A DNA stretch of 63,129 nt, counting the filler, from Reticulomyxa filosa (Eukaryota; Protista; Foraminifera), in assembly GCA_000512085.1 (NCBI GenBank). It is 12 parts of 12 records of this genome, joined end to end, with 100 filler letters (N's around TTAATTAATTAA, not from the genome) between each part and the next. Parts side by side here need not be neighbours in the genome. Positions count along the whole stretch, not along the records: positions 36,732 to 39,474 come from ASPP01045642.1; positions 39,575 to 41,233 come from ASPP01007769.1; positions 41,334 to 53,736 come from ASPP01004065.1; 9 more parts are not named here. One strand, written 5' to 3'. A model generated the notes under the pieces. The model ran no database searches, was not told the origin of the DNA, and worked only from the letters and a program-made list of their open reading frames with translations. Positions 36,814-50,086 of the stretch are shown piece after piece; within the stretch, counting starts at the first letter, position 1, and the number at the start of each line of letters is the position of its first letter. Made by a program: the position numbers and the translations under genes.

Positions 36814-39474
36814 GAAACAGAGGCCAATATAGATCAAAATAAAATCACAACACTGACAACATCGATTTTGAAAGCGCTGCTAAAAAATCGAGCCAATCGT
36901 GTGCATTGGATCGAGCTCTTAGAAAATCCCAGCAAAATAACGAGCGACTCCACATTTGACAAATCTCTGGAAAAATCGTTCAAAGACTGGCTGGGAAGCG
37001 AGGAGAAGAGTTCGTCGTATGAAGATAACAATACCTTTCCGTCCAAAGTGATCGAACTGCTCTGTTCTTCCGTGTTTCTCGAGGCCAAGTTGTATCATGC
37101 GCATTGGACAGAAATCGTGGACCGTCAATCGTGCGAATTGCGATTGGACAACGGCAAATGGACGAGTGATGATATTGACGACATTCGTAAGTACGCAAAA
37201 GCAGATTTGGAGTTGTGGGAAAAGGCATTTCGTCATATGGATAACATCCCTTCAGAGGTGGAGTCGGACGCGAAGAAAATGGAGACAACTAGCGATGAGT
37301 TTAGTCGCATTTTCGAGTATTGTCTCCGATGCAGTCTATGGTTCCGACATGAAAGTCCGATGCAACCACGACTGTTCTCATTGCTTGGTCACACGTGTAC
37401 TACATTGTCCAAACACAAACAGTTGTTTTCCATCATGCTTTGCAAGTTTCTTAGCAATAACTTGCAGAGAATTCATGACCTTCTCGTGTCGTCGTCGTCG
37501 TCGTCGTCGTCGTCGTCTTCGACCGAGTTGAAACAGTCTGTCGCATCACTCGACAATGTGGTCCAAGAATACAAGCAGTTTTCCGAGTCTATCAACAGGC
37601 TTCGTCAGATGCAACGCTATCTGGTCGACCAGGATTTACCGGCAACGTTGAAGATGCTCGTTGAGGAGAGCAGCAAATGGGAGCATCAGAGTTTTGTACA
37701 AGTCAAGAAGCACTACGAAAAAGATCTCGGCATCTTTGCACAGCACAAGTCCAGCATGGACTCGGTTTTGCGTTTGCAACAAAGCGTTGCTTTCAACGAT
37801 ATTTGGAGGAATTCCAATGACGAATGTAAGATCCCCAATCTTCCAGAAGTACCCTTTTCAATTTTCGAAAGAGTGTTTAAAGAGAGCAAGCGTGAGTGGG
37901 ATCACTACAGAGAGGTTAGTCCAAAATAAAAGAAAGAGAGTGTATTTTTCAATTGTTATTTGACAATATATATATATATATATATATGTATATACGTATA
38001 TATAATAGGCTCTTGAAAATGGCACATTGACATTCCAAGAATTGGAGAAACTCTCATCTGATAAAGAAGCGACGCTGATGGCGGAAATGGAGTATCTGTT
38101 TCCGGACCTCAACGAAGAGGCACGTAAGTCGATAATAGACGAGGTGCTGAGCCGCAAGCGGAAGGAAATAGAGCTGAAGGAGCACTTTGAGCCTTGGAAG
38201 GCATTGGAGAAGGCGACGGAGCAAATGAAGGAGTACCACAGATGCAAAAACGTGCTTGAAGAAGAAAAAGATGATCAGTGGACGGAGTTTGTGAAGCAAT
38301 TAAAGGTAATAAAAACCATAATGACGACGACGACGACGCAACGCAGCAATGATATAGCGATATCGCAGGTATCGCATTGCTACGACGTGTGCATGGACAC
38401 TGTGGGCTCGGATGCGAAGAAATGTGCAGCAATGGGTCTTTTCGAGACCCTTGAAAAGTGCAAGGACGGAATCAAGATATTGGCAGAAAATGAAAATTTT
38501 AACAGCGACACACACTTTGACAATACGCTGAATGTGTTGGAAAAGAGCAAGGAGGAGCGTCTGCAAGATCTCGCGAGCGCTCTGCGCGTCGCCAATTACG
38601 CGATGCAGAGGTTGTGGAAGTGCGAATTGAAGACGATGAGCGAGTTGGCCTGGGCCATTTTGCATTTGTGTTCGAATGACGACAATAACAACAACAACGA
38701 CGACGACGACGACGACGACGATGATCGCAAGTCACATAAAAAAGAAGAAGAGAACAGCTTTGTGAAAATGATAAAAAAGTGCTGTGATGAAAATCTCCAA
38801 CATATCTCATTACTAGTCGACGAAGCCGATCAAGTTCGAACGGGCAAGAGTTTGGACCAATTAAAGAATGCCATCAAATCTGGACAATGGCAATTCGCCA
38901 CATGCTCTCAGGTGCTTCAAGGCAATGGCAAAAATGAGCTGGTACTCAAGATCGATGACAATGTCATATGGCCATTCACCGAAATTAGCGAAAACATTGA
39001 TTGCGTGTTGCTTGGTGCGGACAAGCAGGAACTAAAGGAAATCGAAGAGGTGATTCAACAGTTTGAGGAGTGCAAGGAGATTAGCAACTATCGAGTAGAC
39101 TTTTGGAAAAAAGGAGGACGACTTAATCATCGCAATAAAGATAACCACATTATTGACAACGATGAAATGTTTTGTTTGCGAGTGGGATTGCAAATGGCAG
39201 AGTTTGAACAGTGCAAACAGCTTTGGAAACAACGATTGGAGCAATGGGAAAAGCAATGTCTGCAATTGCGAGAACGCTTCCCTGCACTCAATTACTTTTG
39301 CTTCAACGAAGTGCACTTGCTTATTCACACCATTCATACGCTCGTCTCGCCCAACTGTCCCATGCCCAGTCTACAAGCCTCCAAGTTTATCAAGCCGTTC
39401 CTCCAAAAGATCAATTACCAAGTCACCGATCAACACGTCGACAAGATCTTACGCGACTGGAAATACTTGGACAT
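36814..39474 (+). CDS. Internal fragment of a very large helical protein, possibly RNF213/mysterin-like
   Basis: Two long exons (about 36814-37914 and 38009-39474) running into the gap. W..QC.QLRERFPALNYFCFNEVHLL resembles the R..Y..LN.(F/Y)T..QL motif preceding RNF213 AAA domains. Confidence 0.45.
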
Positions 39475-39574
39475 NNNNNNNNNNNNNNNNNNNNNNNNNN
39501 NNNNNNNNNNNNNNNNNNTTAATTAATTAANNNNNNNNNNNNNNNNNNNNNNNNNNNNNNNNNNNNNNNNNNNN
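39475..39574. other. Artificial contig linker
   Basis: 44N-TTAATTAATTAA-44N. Confidence 0.98.
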
Positions 39575-40122
39575 AAAAAAAAAAAAAAAACAAAAAAAAA
39601 AAAAAAAAAAAAAAAACCCTTTTGTTTTTATTTTATTATTGTTGTTATGTTTGGTTATGTTTATGTTTTGATTGCATTACTCATTATTTCCAGTTCCAGT
39701 GAAAAAAATGTACGTAGATCGCACATGTTAACAAGGTTGCAGTTGTCAAGTATTTCAATCCAATTTTTTTATAAAGATACATGCATATGCATTATGCTTT
39801 TGATGTGTGTATTTGACATGAAAAAAGAAGGTTCATAAAGCAAGGATATTTATATAATATCATATTTATATCAACATGTCAAAGCCATTATATCATTTAT
39901 TTATTTTTATTTACTTATTATTATTTATCACAAATCCTCACATCGTGCTTGCCTCTTTCATGTCGTTTTTTTTTTTTTTGTTTAAAAAAAAAAAAAAATC
40001 TTGGTTTTTGTGCGATGTTGCGTTTAGGTGGGAAGTGACAGAGAAATGAGCCTGCAAAATGGGAAAAAAATTGTTGTGATACATAGAATAATCTTTATCC
40101 TCCTCTCTTCATTATATACATA

Positions 40123-40373
40123 CCCCATTGCTTCTTCTGCGTCTCTTGCATCCAAGAATTCGATAAATGCAAATTCTCCTTTGAATTCCACTTTTCCAAC
40201 TTTTCCAACTTTTTCCATTAGTTTATACAAATCATCACTTGTTGCTTCTCTGTTTGTGAAACAGCATCATCATATGCACAACAAAAAATTAACATGAAAC
40301 AGCACTATTCACACCTTGACACGTTTCTCACAAAGATTTTTCGAGGATTTCGTGATGTTGGAAAAGAATGCAT
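40123..40373 (-). CDS. N-terminal RRM of an SR-type splicing factor (first two exons; remainder not resolved)
   Basis: MHSFPTSRNPRKIFVRNVSR|EATSDDLYKLMEKVGKV..KGEFAFIEFLDARDAEEAM contains RNP2, RNP1 and the SR-protein-like RDAEEA motif. Confidence 0.7.
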
Positions 40374-41233
40374 ATTGCTAAGGGGCGAAAAATTACCACG
40401 TTTTTTTTTCGCCTTGCGACTTTGGAAAGGAAGAAAGCATTCACAACTGTAAAAAAAATGAAAAACGTTCACACGTAAATTATGCTTCGCCGTGCCACAT
40501 TTGATTGTTCTTCGACTTTGTGTCACAATAGACTTGTACATAATATATTGGAAAGGTGCATATGAAATTTGATTGCTAAGGAATGTTTAAAATATTAAAC
40601 AATCTCATTTTTGTTTTGAGGCGAGCAAAACAAAAAAATAAAGTAATATTCGATTTCTGTCCAGGATTAAAGTTTGTAGGTGAGCAATGATAACAATAAA
40701 ATAATTTTGCAATACAATTTTCAAAGAATAGCTGTGCAAACAGGTATAACGATCATGAAATAAGAGGTAAAACAGATTCAACTTGCAAAAATTGTGAATG
40801 AAGAAAATTAGGAAAAAAAAAACACAAACAAGAAAAAAAGTTGAAAGAATAAAAAGGGCAAAGATAGTAGAAACTCTTTGCATACTTTTCTGTAAGAAGA
40901 AAAAGATTGATAAAAACATTTTTGTTTGTTTTTTTTTTTTTCCTGTGCAAATACATTTCTAAGTTTACCCCGTGATGGTTATTAAATTTGAAACAAGTAA
41001 AACGTTTCGATTTTTTCAAAAGAGATATCTCTCAGCATGGGGAAACTTGAATCGAATTTTGAAAACTGAAACGACAGGAATAAGATATATGAAGCCTTAC
41101 TTCCGGTCACAATAATGGGAGTCCAACTTTGGAATACGGGAGGAGGACTTATGATTTGTGTCCATAAAAGTTTGACTTTGCTGAACAGAAGAAGAAGAAT
41201 GAGGAAGAGAAGGAGGAAGAGAAGGAGGAAGAG

Positions 41234-41333
41234 NNNNNNNNNNNNNNNNNNNNNNNNNNNNNNNNNNNNNNNNNNNNTTAATTAATTAANNNNNNNNNNN
41301 NNNNNNNNNNNNNNNNNNNNNNNNNNNNNNNNN
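41234..41333. other. Artificial contig linker
   Basis: 44N-TTAATTAATTAA-44N. Confidence 0.98.
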
Positions 41334-41429
41334 CCCCCCCAATAACATCAAAAAAAAAAAAATTATGTTTAGTTTCATTCGCGTATATGCATATATGTAT
41401 GTATAAAAAAAAAGTGCAGCATGTAACTT

Positions 41430-42548
41430 TGAATTTGGAACAAGGGATCATCCAGAACCATGACGTTGGACCATTTGGCATGAGGATACATTTCTTTTTG
41501 AACATAGCGCAACGGATCCATCGCGAACAGCACAATTTCATTCTGTGATACAATGACACAGTATTGGTTGTCGTTGGTGATTCCGACCCCGACAGGGGGT
41601 TCCGACAACCCGGTATCAAAATCCAATATCGGTTCGACGTTTGTATCCAACACGTCAAAGATCGCCATTTTCCCTTTTTCATCCACCGCCAAAAAGCGCT
41701 GTTCACAGCCATCTGTACTTTGGTGTTTTTGTTATGTGTTTTATTTCGGTGTTTGCTTTTGCATGTTTGTTATGTATGAAAGCTGTTGCATAGATATCAT
41801 TTGGCTTTTTTTTTTTTTTTTTTTTTTCTTTTCTTTCCTTCCTCCTCTTTTCTCTCTCTCTCTCTCTCTCCTTTCCCGTTCTACGTTCTTTAAAATAAAC
41901 AAAAAATACTCAACCACTAAATGTAGTCCCCACTTTGACAGGAGACCTAAGAGGATTCGGTTTGGACATGGGATAGTCTCGATTTTGTCTGCCTTTGATC
42001 AAATCGACAATGTGTATTTGGGATTTATGAGTGTCACATAGCAATGCATATTGGAAGCATTCGTTGGCACATGCAAAGCCAAAAGCGTTCCCGACGGCAT
42101 GGGCAATCAGTGGCCTCTCTCCACGACTAATTTTCAACGCTGCTGCGCCATAAATGCTGTAGATTATCGCCTCTCCGTCTGCGTGCACAACTGTTTTTTT
42201 ATTCGTTGAGCTGCGTCATTCCATCAAAGATTCAAACCATTGCCAAACAATATAGCAAAAAAAAAAAAAAAAAAAAGGAGCGAAGCCAAAGAGAGAAAGA
42301 GAGGAGAGAGAAAAGAAAAGGAGATTTTTTAAAAAAAACTTTTTTTAAAAATAACAAAAAAAAAAAAAAAAAACCTAAAAATGAGGCTTGCTCTTTGTGT
42401 TGAAATTCTCCCAAAATCCAAACAATAGGCGAAGTGTTGGTGGAAAAAGACATTGCAATAGGTGCCCACCGTTCCATATGTTTTTGTTCTTTCATTTCTT
42501 TTTTGCGAAGTCTTTCTTGTTCTGAGTCCCTTGTTGGATTAATATTGG

Positions 42549-42594
<46 letters not shown>

Positions 42595-43098
42595 GTTGGC
42601 ATTAGCATCACTATGAACAGATTCTTTTGCTTTGAGCTCAGGTGACAAATCGGAAGATTTTGCTTCTTCATCCAAATCCTTCTCTTCTGTCTCCAATCCA
42701 TTGCCTTCATTTGTGTTAGATTGGTAGTATACATTACTTAATGTACGCCATATCACTAACTCGCCGTGGTTGCTTCCTGTTATTATTATGTCTCCACTTC
42801 GCTTCGACTTTTGGATACACATCGCTGTTATGTGATGCAATGGTGGCTTGCTCCAGTATACTAATGGAATCATCAACTCTTCATGCGATAGTCGCGATAA
42901 CTTTGTTTCTGGTAGTGACACATACGATATACTGCTTGTCGATTTCTGAAAGTCTTTCAAGTTCGCCAAGCTCAAACGTGACATAAAGTTCAGTTGCTGC
43001 TGCTTTTGGTGATATTTGTGCGTCGGATGCAGCTCACTTTGAGACTTTTGAGCGACATGCGATTTCTCTTCTGCGTTCGATAATCTTTTTTCTTGCAT
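41430..43098 (-). CDS. WD40 protein with a WDR7/Rabconnectin-3beta-like N-terminus (3' part probably lost in gap)
   Basis: LMIPLVYWSKPPLHHITAM...IIITGSNHGELVIWR parallels the WDR7/WDR72 N-terminus; further beta-propeller-like exons at 41910-42188 and about 41430-41710. Confidence 0.55.
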
Positions 43099-43820
43099 TC
43101 AATTGTTTTTTATTACGCTATAGCAATTTCAACACTACATGCACAACAAATTAAAAAAGGGAATTAATTCCAGTAACTCAAAGTACGTGTACTTCACAAT
43201 TTATTTTGATTTGGCTGTTTTGATGTTATTTTACTTACACCGTTCATCGTGTTGCATTACTATATTTCGTAGATTTTGAAAAATTCAGCACTCACAATTT
43301 GTCACTACGATCAGGTTAGCTTTTTTTCGAGCCATTGTAACAATTATGCTTGTGTTCTTATTTAATACGAAAATGTGATGTTTTATCATTTTTTCAATTT
43401 ATTCCACTAACTGCAATACCACCTTATATTGTTGATATGCTCTAAATTTTTGTGTAAGCATAAAAAGAAAGTTTTGATGAAGTACACGTTAAACATACAT
43501 TTGTATGGTTTATTTAGCCTCAAGATAATTATTTTGGATTGGGAACTCAAGAAGTTAATTAAGTTAAGGAAAAAAAATTGTTTGACATAGCAAATAAAAT
43601 CGTATGATGGCAACCATTGCATGATTATGTAATGTTTTAATTGGCAATTGTCAGTGTTAATCAATGAACAGTGCGAGTTGAACGCTGTAAATACGCATAG
43701 TCGACAGCACAAAAAAAAAAACATTAAAACTCTCCAGTTCATGAGGGTCAACAACAGTAAGCGAAGCTTTTTCATCTCCCCAGATTTCAGAACCAAACTT
43801 TATTCCATTAAAAAAAACTG

Positions 43821-46520
43821 TTAGAAATATTCGTACAATCCATTTTCATTATCATTACTTTCTAATTTCCTTATTGTGTGAGTGTCTTGTACAACGGCAT
43901 CAACTACACCTTGCAAAACAATGCATCCTGGACTTGTGAGCAAGTCAATAGTTTTATTGATTTGATAAGACTCTTTCAAACGTTGAAGACAGTCATTGTA
44001 GACATGTTCGAATGTCAAAGTTTGCATTATTTTTTCGTCCTGATGATTATCCTCTAGATATAGATATTCCTCTCCACTGGCATTGAAGGTTTTTCTTTGG
44101 CTCTCCTTTTCTGACTGGAACTTTTTCTTGCGCTCTGTCAAAACATATTGGGTTAAATGATCCAATTCGAGATACTGTTCCAGTACATAACGCAACGATC
44201 TCGCAAAGCGTTTGAACGTTTCCAATTTGGAGATTTTGTGAAGCGTGTCAAAATTGAAATAGCCATCGCGCTCTGCGCACAGAAATATAGCGCGAACAGT
44301 TTTATTGCAATAAGGATTGAGAGGAACAGGGCCGAAATTAGAGGCTGTTTTCGATGACGATTCCAAATTCAACGTGTTGCTATTATCGTTGTCATTGTTG
44401 TTTAAGAGATTTTTTTTTTTTTTTTGGAGTTTGAACAAACACCGGTTCAAAGAAGACAATTGTATTTGATTATTTTTCTTGACCACCCCCCAATCACACA
44501 AATACACCCATATATACATGTACTTTTTGACGAAAGAAAAAAAAAAAAAATAATCCAGCACAAATATATTTGGCAAGGAAGTGTTAACAATTTCCTTTCA
44601 TCTCTTTGTGCTTCTTTGTCATCTTTGCTCTCGTTCGGAGTAATGGACGGCAAGGGCGAGTGCTGATCCCACATAACTGTATCGTGATCGAAAGCGAAGC
44701 TGCGACGATTGGCTTCGGTGCCGATATCGTGATAAATGGTAGGAATGTCAGAGAGAAACTTGGCAGGGAGCATGTAGCTCAACGCCAAAACCGACAATTG
44801 ATCGTAGCCGACCAAAGAAGTAGAACGAGGTAAATCTCCGTGCATGCGAGCATTCAACTCGATCAGACACACTGTATCTTCGCTCGGCAGGTACGTCAGC
44901 TCCACATGCGAGCATCCATAAGACACTCCGAGCAGGGTGATCACATCAAACGTATATTCAATCACACGACGACATTGGTAATTATTCCAATCCGAATTCG
45001 GAGCCGTTATAAATTGTTGGTAGTCATATCGAAAGCAATGAGGGATATCATTATCCATGATCGCATTAGCGTCGAATGTATCTTTTTTTCTTGTTCAAAG
45101 AGTCAAACAATTATGGAACAAGCGAAGCGAATGGAACACAGTTATACAAACTAACGTGCATATAACGTATAACATAAAGTATACTATATATATATATATA
45201 TACTTAGATATGTGCCTTTTGATGGCAGCGGATCGATCCGGATAAGTGGCTTTACTTGCATACCACATGTCAGTGCATTTGTGTACTCCATTGACAGAAA
45301 CACAATTGACAACGTACTCAAAGCCTTGGAGATACTCCATGATAAGTAGAGACTCATTGACGTCGTGTTCGAAGTTGGTTTGCAATAGGTATTGATCAAG
45401 CACAGTGCACAAGGCTTCGAAATTGTGTACCAACCTCACACCCTCGGTGCCAGCACTTGCAGGGGGTTTGACCACAACAGGGTAAGCCATGTCATTGGAC
45501 GACAGCAGTTCATCAAACTCCTCCGCGTCCAAAGGAACTTGAAAAATTTCAAAGTGTTTCCCATAGCGAATTTTTTTGAGAGTAGGCACACTTAATGTTG
45601 ATGTCTCCTCCTTTTTTTCATCTGCTTTTTCCCAGTTTTTCGTGTCCCTCTCGTCATCATTATCATCGTTGTCACCGTCATTACCATCGTCGTCATTATC
45701 ATCGTTGTCATTATCATCATCGTCGTCGTTGTTGTTATCATTGTCTTCGTCGTCTTCGTCGTCTTCGTAGTCATTGTCATCATCGTTGTTATCATCTTCT
45801 GACATCCATTCATGGCTTGTATTGTCACTGTTTCAAAAACAATAAATAAAATAGTCAAATAAAAAAAATAAAAAATAAAAAAATGATGTCATTATATATA
45901 ACATGTATTTATATAACGAAACAAAGAAGGGTCACATTTGCCTTGTTGAATAGCGTGGTGCATTAAATACTTATTCCGCCGAAATTGTGAGGTTCTGACA
46001 TCATTTCCTGGAAGGTTCCACAGACGGTTCATTTGGTCTGTGAACGGAATCAGATTGTCCATCAATGGACACGCTACGACCACTTGGTAGCCTCGGGATA
46101 GAAGAAATGAGGATATCACTTTTACGCCGTAGTCATGGCATTGCGATGTCGATAATGACTTGAAACATAATGCAGTGTCCGTCGTGGGCTGTTCCAAAAA
46201 TGACTCGATTGTTTGCTCGGTTTTACAATGCTTCAAAAACTCCTTTGCTAAATATTCATGCTTTGTTTCGCTACCTCCTAAAAATAACACTATTTTTTGA
46301 TAATTCTTCCAGACTGACGGTCTTGTCACAGTTCCAATTGCCGTTATCATTGTTTTTTGTTGTTGTGTTTGCCACACTTTTGGAATCTCGTTTAAATCAA
46401 CTGACACTTGGAAACAAGATTACCTGTTTGTCCAAGAGTCTATGGAGAATGCAAACGGCGATTTCAATCCTCTCCAAAACTTTGAATCATTTATCTTCAA
46501 ATTTGATCCGTTTGACATGA
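43821..46520 (-). CDS. Bacterial-type ATP-grasp peptide ligase (L-amino-acid ligase/NikS-like), multi-exon; start uncertain
   Basis: RRNKYLMH; YPVVVKPPASAGTEGV; LIMEYLQGFEYVVNCVS.NG.H; LGV.YG.SHVE; LIELNARMHG; C-terminal TIDLLTSPG.IVL..D...IRKLE. Confidence 0.8.
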
Positions 46521-47729
46521 TCGCAAATTAGAGTGAGAATATGGAGCCCTTTCTCTGTTACGTCTTCAGGGTTGTCCGATTTTGTACAAACTAGTGCTAG
46601 TTATTGTAACTGGCAAAATTCAACTCATTTGACATTGTCTTCTTTGTCAACTTGTTACAAACGTGTTTTTTTATTTGAAAGTTGTTAAATACTTTTTTGT
46701 CTATAAATAACATCAACAAAGGATTTCATTGTGTTATTATTCTATAATGCAAATATTCAATAAATCTTTACAAAACTAAAAATCAAATAAATTTCAAAGA
46801 AAAAGTATTTTGTTAAAATTTTTTAAAAAGAAGTGTCTTGCAGTAAAATGAAAATAGTATATATGTTTTATCTTTTTATGTAGACTATCTATTATTTTGA
46901 TCTAAAAAAAATACTAAATATAGCAACAAAATGTCATTGACTTGTGCAACAATTTGTACTATTTTCACACAATAATTTAAATTATGAAATTTAATTATAT
47001 GTCAATATTTAGTCACATGACTAACACTTTTTATAATAAAATTAATCATATTTCAGTTTGAAAGCTTGTCAGTTTTGCTAATGAAATTATGTTGAAAATT
47101 GATTTTTTCAAGTTGTTATTGAAAACCACATTAACAAAAGTTGTAAAATTCATTTTGTTGTATTAATTATGTTATGTTAAAAAAGACTTATCTCTTTTCA
47201 TTTTCTTTCAATAAATAAAAAAATTAAAGCATCATGTGTGGAGCTGATGGTAAGAAAATAATTAAGCTAAACAGATATTGATTCTATCTTCGAGAAATAC
47301 ATGTTGAACAAAAAACTTGCAAAATTAAATTTATTATGAATGAGCAATAGTCGTGTTGCATTTCTATTGCAGTCAATCCCTTGTTTAATAACCTATGCAA
47401 TCTGGAGTTAACATTTTATTATTTAGTCATTCAATTAAAGGGACATGGAAGATCGCAACATCACAATGCTAGTTGGTATAATAAGAACAAATCGAATGCG
47501 TTTTTAATCATAAACTAAAACTGCCAAAAATAAGTAAATTGAAGAAATAACACAATTTGTCTCTGTGAAGGGGAAAATTGGAGAGAAGGGCAAAAAGTGG
47601 TGTAGAAAAAGTTTTTTTTTAAATCAAAAATTCATATTTTCAACTGGTTTGAAAATATATTTATTGCACTCCTTATTTTTTGCAAGAGGTCTAATATTTG
47701 AGGAAATTGAAAATCATTGAAGTGAACAC

Positions 47730-49695
47730 ATGCCTGAAGCCATAATCATTTGGTAATTCCTCAAAGTTTTAACTTTTTTTTTCCAGCAGATTCCAACTGG
47801 TTAATGTTTGTTTTGAAACGAAAAATGTTGGGCCATAGTTGTGATTGCACAGAATGGATGCGAAATGGAGACTTTACTCCAAATCGTTTCGATGCACAAA
47901 AAGACGCAGTAGGAGTGATCTGCCAAACTAAAATTGATCAACATCCAGAAAACACTGTCGGTATCATTGCAATGGGCAAAGACCAGTTATAATTTTTTAA
48001 AATTTTTCTTTTGCCCAACAATGGCAATAAAAACAATAATTGCAAGTTGTAAATTATATTATAACAACAAAGAGTTGAATGTTTCCCTTGAACAATTTCA
48101 TATATTAAAAAAAAAATAGAAAAGCAGAGGTGTTGGTAAATTGCTCGCGAGAGACAGGAAGAGTACTTGCAGCAGCACATAAAATGAAGATTGAAGGAAG
48201 CGCAGATATATTGGTTGCTATTCAAACCGCGCAATTAGCATTGAAACATCGAAAAAACAAAAAGCAAACGCAAAGAATTATTTTGTTTGTGGGGAGTCCA
48301 GTTTCGTTATTTTTTGAAAAAAACAAAAAAAATTGATTCAAGATAAACAGTCCAATCTTGTATGTAATCTACTTGGTAGTATATACATATGCAAATAATG
48401 TACATACATATAAAATAGATTAAAGTATCTGTGAAATTACTTGTCAAAGCAGGAAAAAAACTGAAGAAAAATAACGTCGCAGTTACTTTGGTTTTTGTTT
48501 GGAGAGAAGAAAGAGAGAGAGAGAGATTGGCTTTGAACTGAATTGCATTATTGATCTTATTTAAATCTTTTTTAAAAATAAAAAAAAAAGGTGGACATAG
48601 TGAACTTTGGCGAAGAAGAACACAACACCCCGATTTTAGAAGAATTCTTGAAAGCAGTGAAATCAACAGACAATAGCCACTTAATTACGGTACCAAGCGG
48701 GACGCAACAACTGCTGTCCGATATGCTGATTCCGTCTCCGATCTTTGCCCAACAGGCAGGCATGAACGATTTGGGATTGCCCGCGGACGGCAGCGGCGCT
48801 AGCGTTCCTGGCGAAAATCCATTGGCCGCTGGGGGCAACAGAGGTTTTGAGGCTGATATGGATGCCGACATGGCCACAGTTTGTACTTTTTTTTCCCCCC
48901 TTCTCTTGCTCTTCTTTATATCTTTTCTTGTGTTGAACAAAGCTCATTTCATTAATAAATTATTAAATAATAATTATTATTATTATTACAAAGGCCATTC
49001 GCCAATCATTAGAAGAAGAACGTGCTCGTCAAGAGGCAATGACCAGAGAGCAACAGCCACAGTCACAAGCGCCGCAACAAGTTCCGCCTGTTGCTGCCGA
49101 CGATGTTCCAAGTGCGGTGAATAGCGGCAATGATGACATTGCAAATGAAAATGACGAACAAGTTGGTAATGACGAGATGGAGGCCGAAGATGAAGAACTG
49201 TTGCAAGCCCTGCAAATGTCAATACAGCCCGATGCTGACGAACCCATGCAAAATACCACCGAGAATGTCTCCGCTAATCAAGGTGATGTCACTCAAGTCT
49301 TGGATGACGATGCTTACATGAACGAGTTGTTGAGCGGATTGCCTGGAGTGGGCATTGAGGATATCGATATACATGTTTGTGCTCATATGTTCTCTCTTGT
49401 TTTTGTTTGTATTCCAATCCCTCATAACAAAAACCATTTGAAGGAATGCCTTTCTTCTTTTTAGGTCAATGCAAAAAATATCCGTTTTTTCATCTTAAAA
49501 AAAATTTTTATTTGAGAAAATTATGTGTGAATAAATCGCCCTTGTGTTCTCTGCTTTTGAAAATCACGTACAATAAAGGGATTACTTGGAGAAGACAAAG
49601 AAAAAAGTGGTGATGGAGACACCGAAATGAAAGACAAGGACAAAAAGAAAGATAAAAGTAAAGACCAAGACAAAGATGACGAAACTGACACATAA
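47730..49695 (+). CDS. PSMD4: 26S proteasome ubiquitin receptor Rpn10/S5a (VWA plus UIMs), multi-exon
   Basis: EWMRNGDFTPNRFDAQ; AQLALKHR; RIILFVGSP; KKNNVA|VDIVNFGE; LLSD.LI.SPI; UIMs AIRQSLEEE and ELLQALQMS. Confidence 0.95.
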
Positions 49696-50086
49696 TCCAC
49701 TCTGGTTTCTTTTTGCTTTTTGGTTGTCATGCCAAGAACATTGAATGTTGGTACTTTTCGAAACTTTGAGACTTAAATTGCTACAAAGCGTTTTCATTTT
49801 CATCACTTTTTGCATTTTCAGTGTGCATTCTGAAGAAGAGAACGACATTGGAAAGATTGCCGATCTTTACGAAAATTAAAAATACAAAGATGTAGTCATA
49901 ATTTTTTTCTTAATTTGATCAAAAAATCTGTAACTTCCGTATTATCTTTTTTAAAATTGATTTTGCACAAAGTAATTGTTAAATTTGGGACTTATGGGAA
50001 TATACAAAGGTTTGCTGAAAAAATTTTGAGAAAAAGGGACATAAATAAAGATAAATCCTTTTTTTAGTTCAATAATTGTTAGTATA

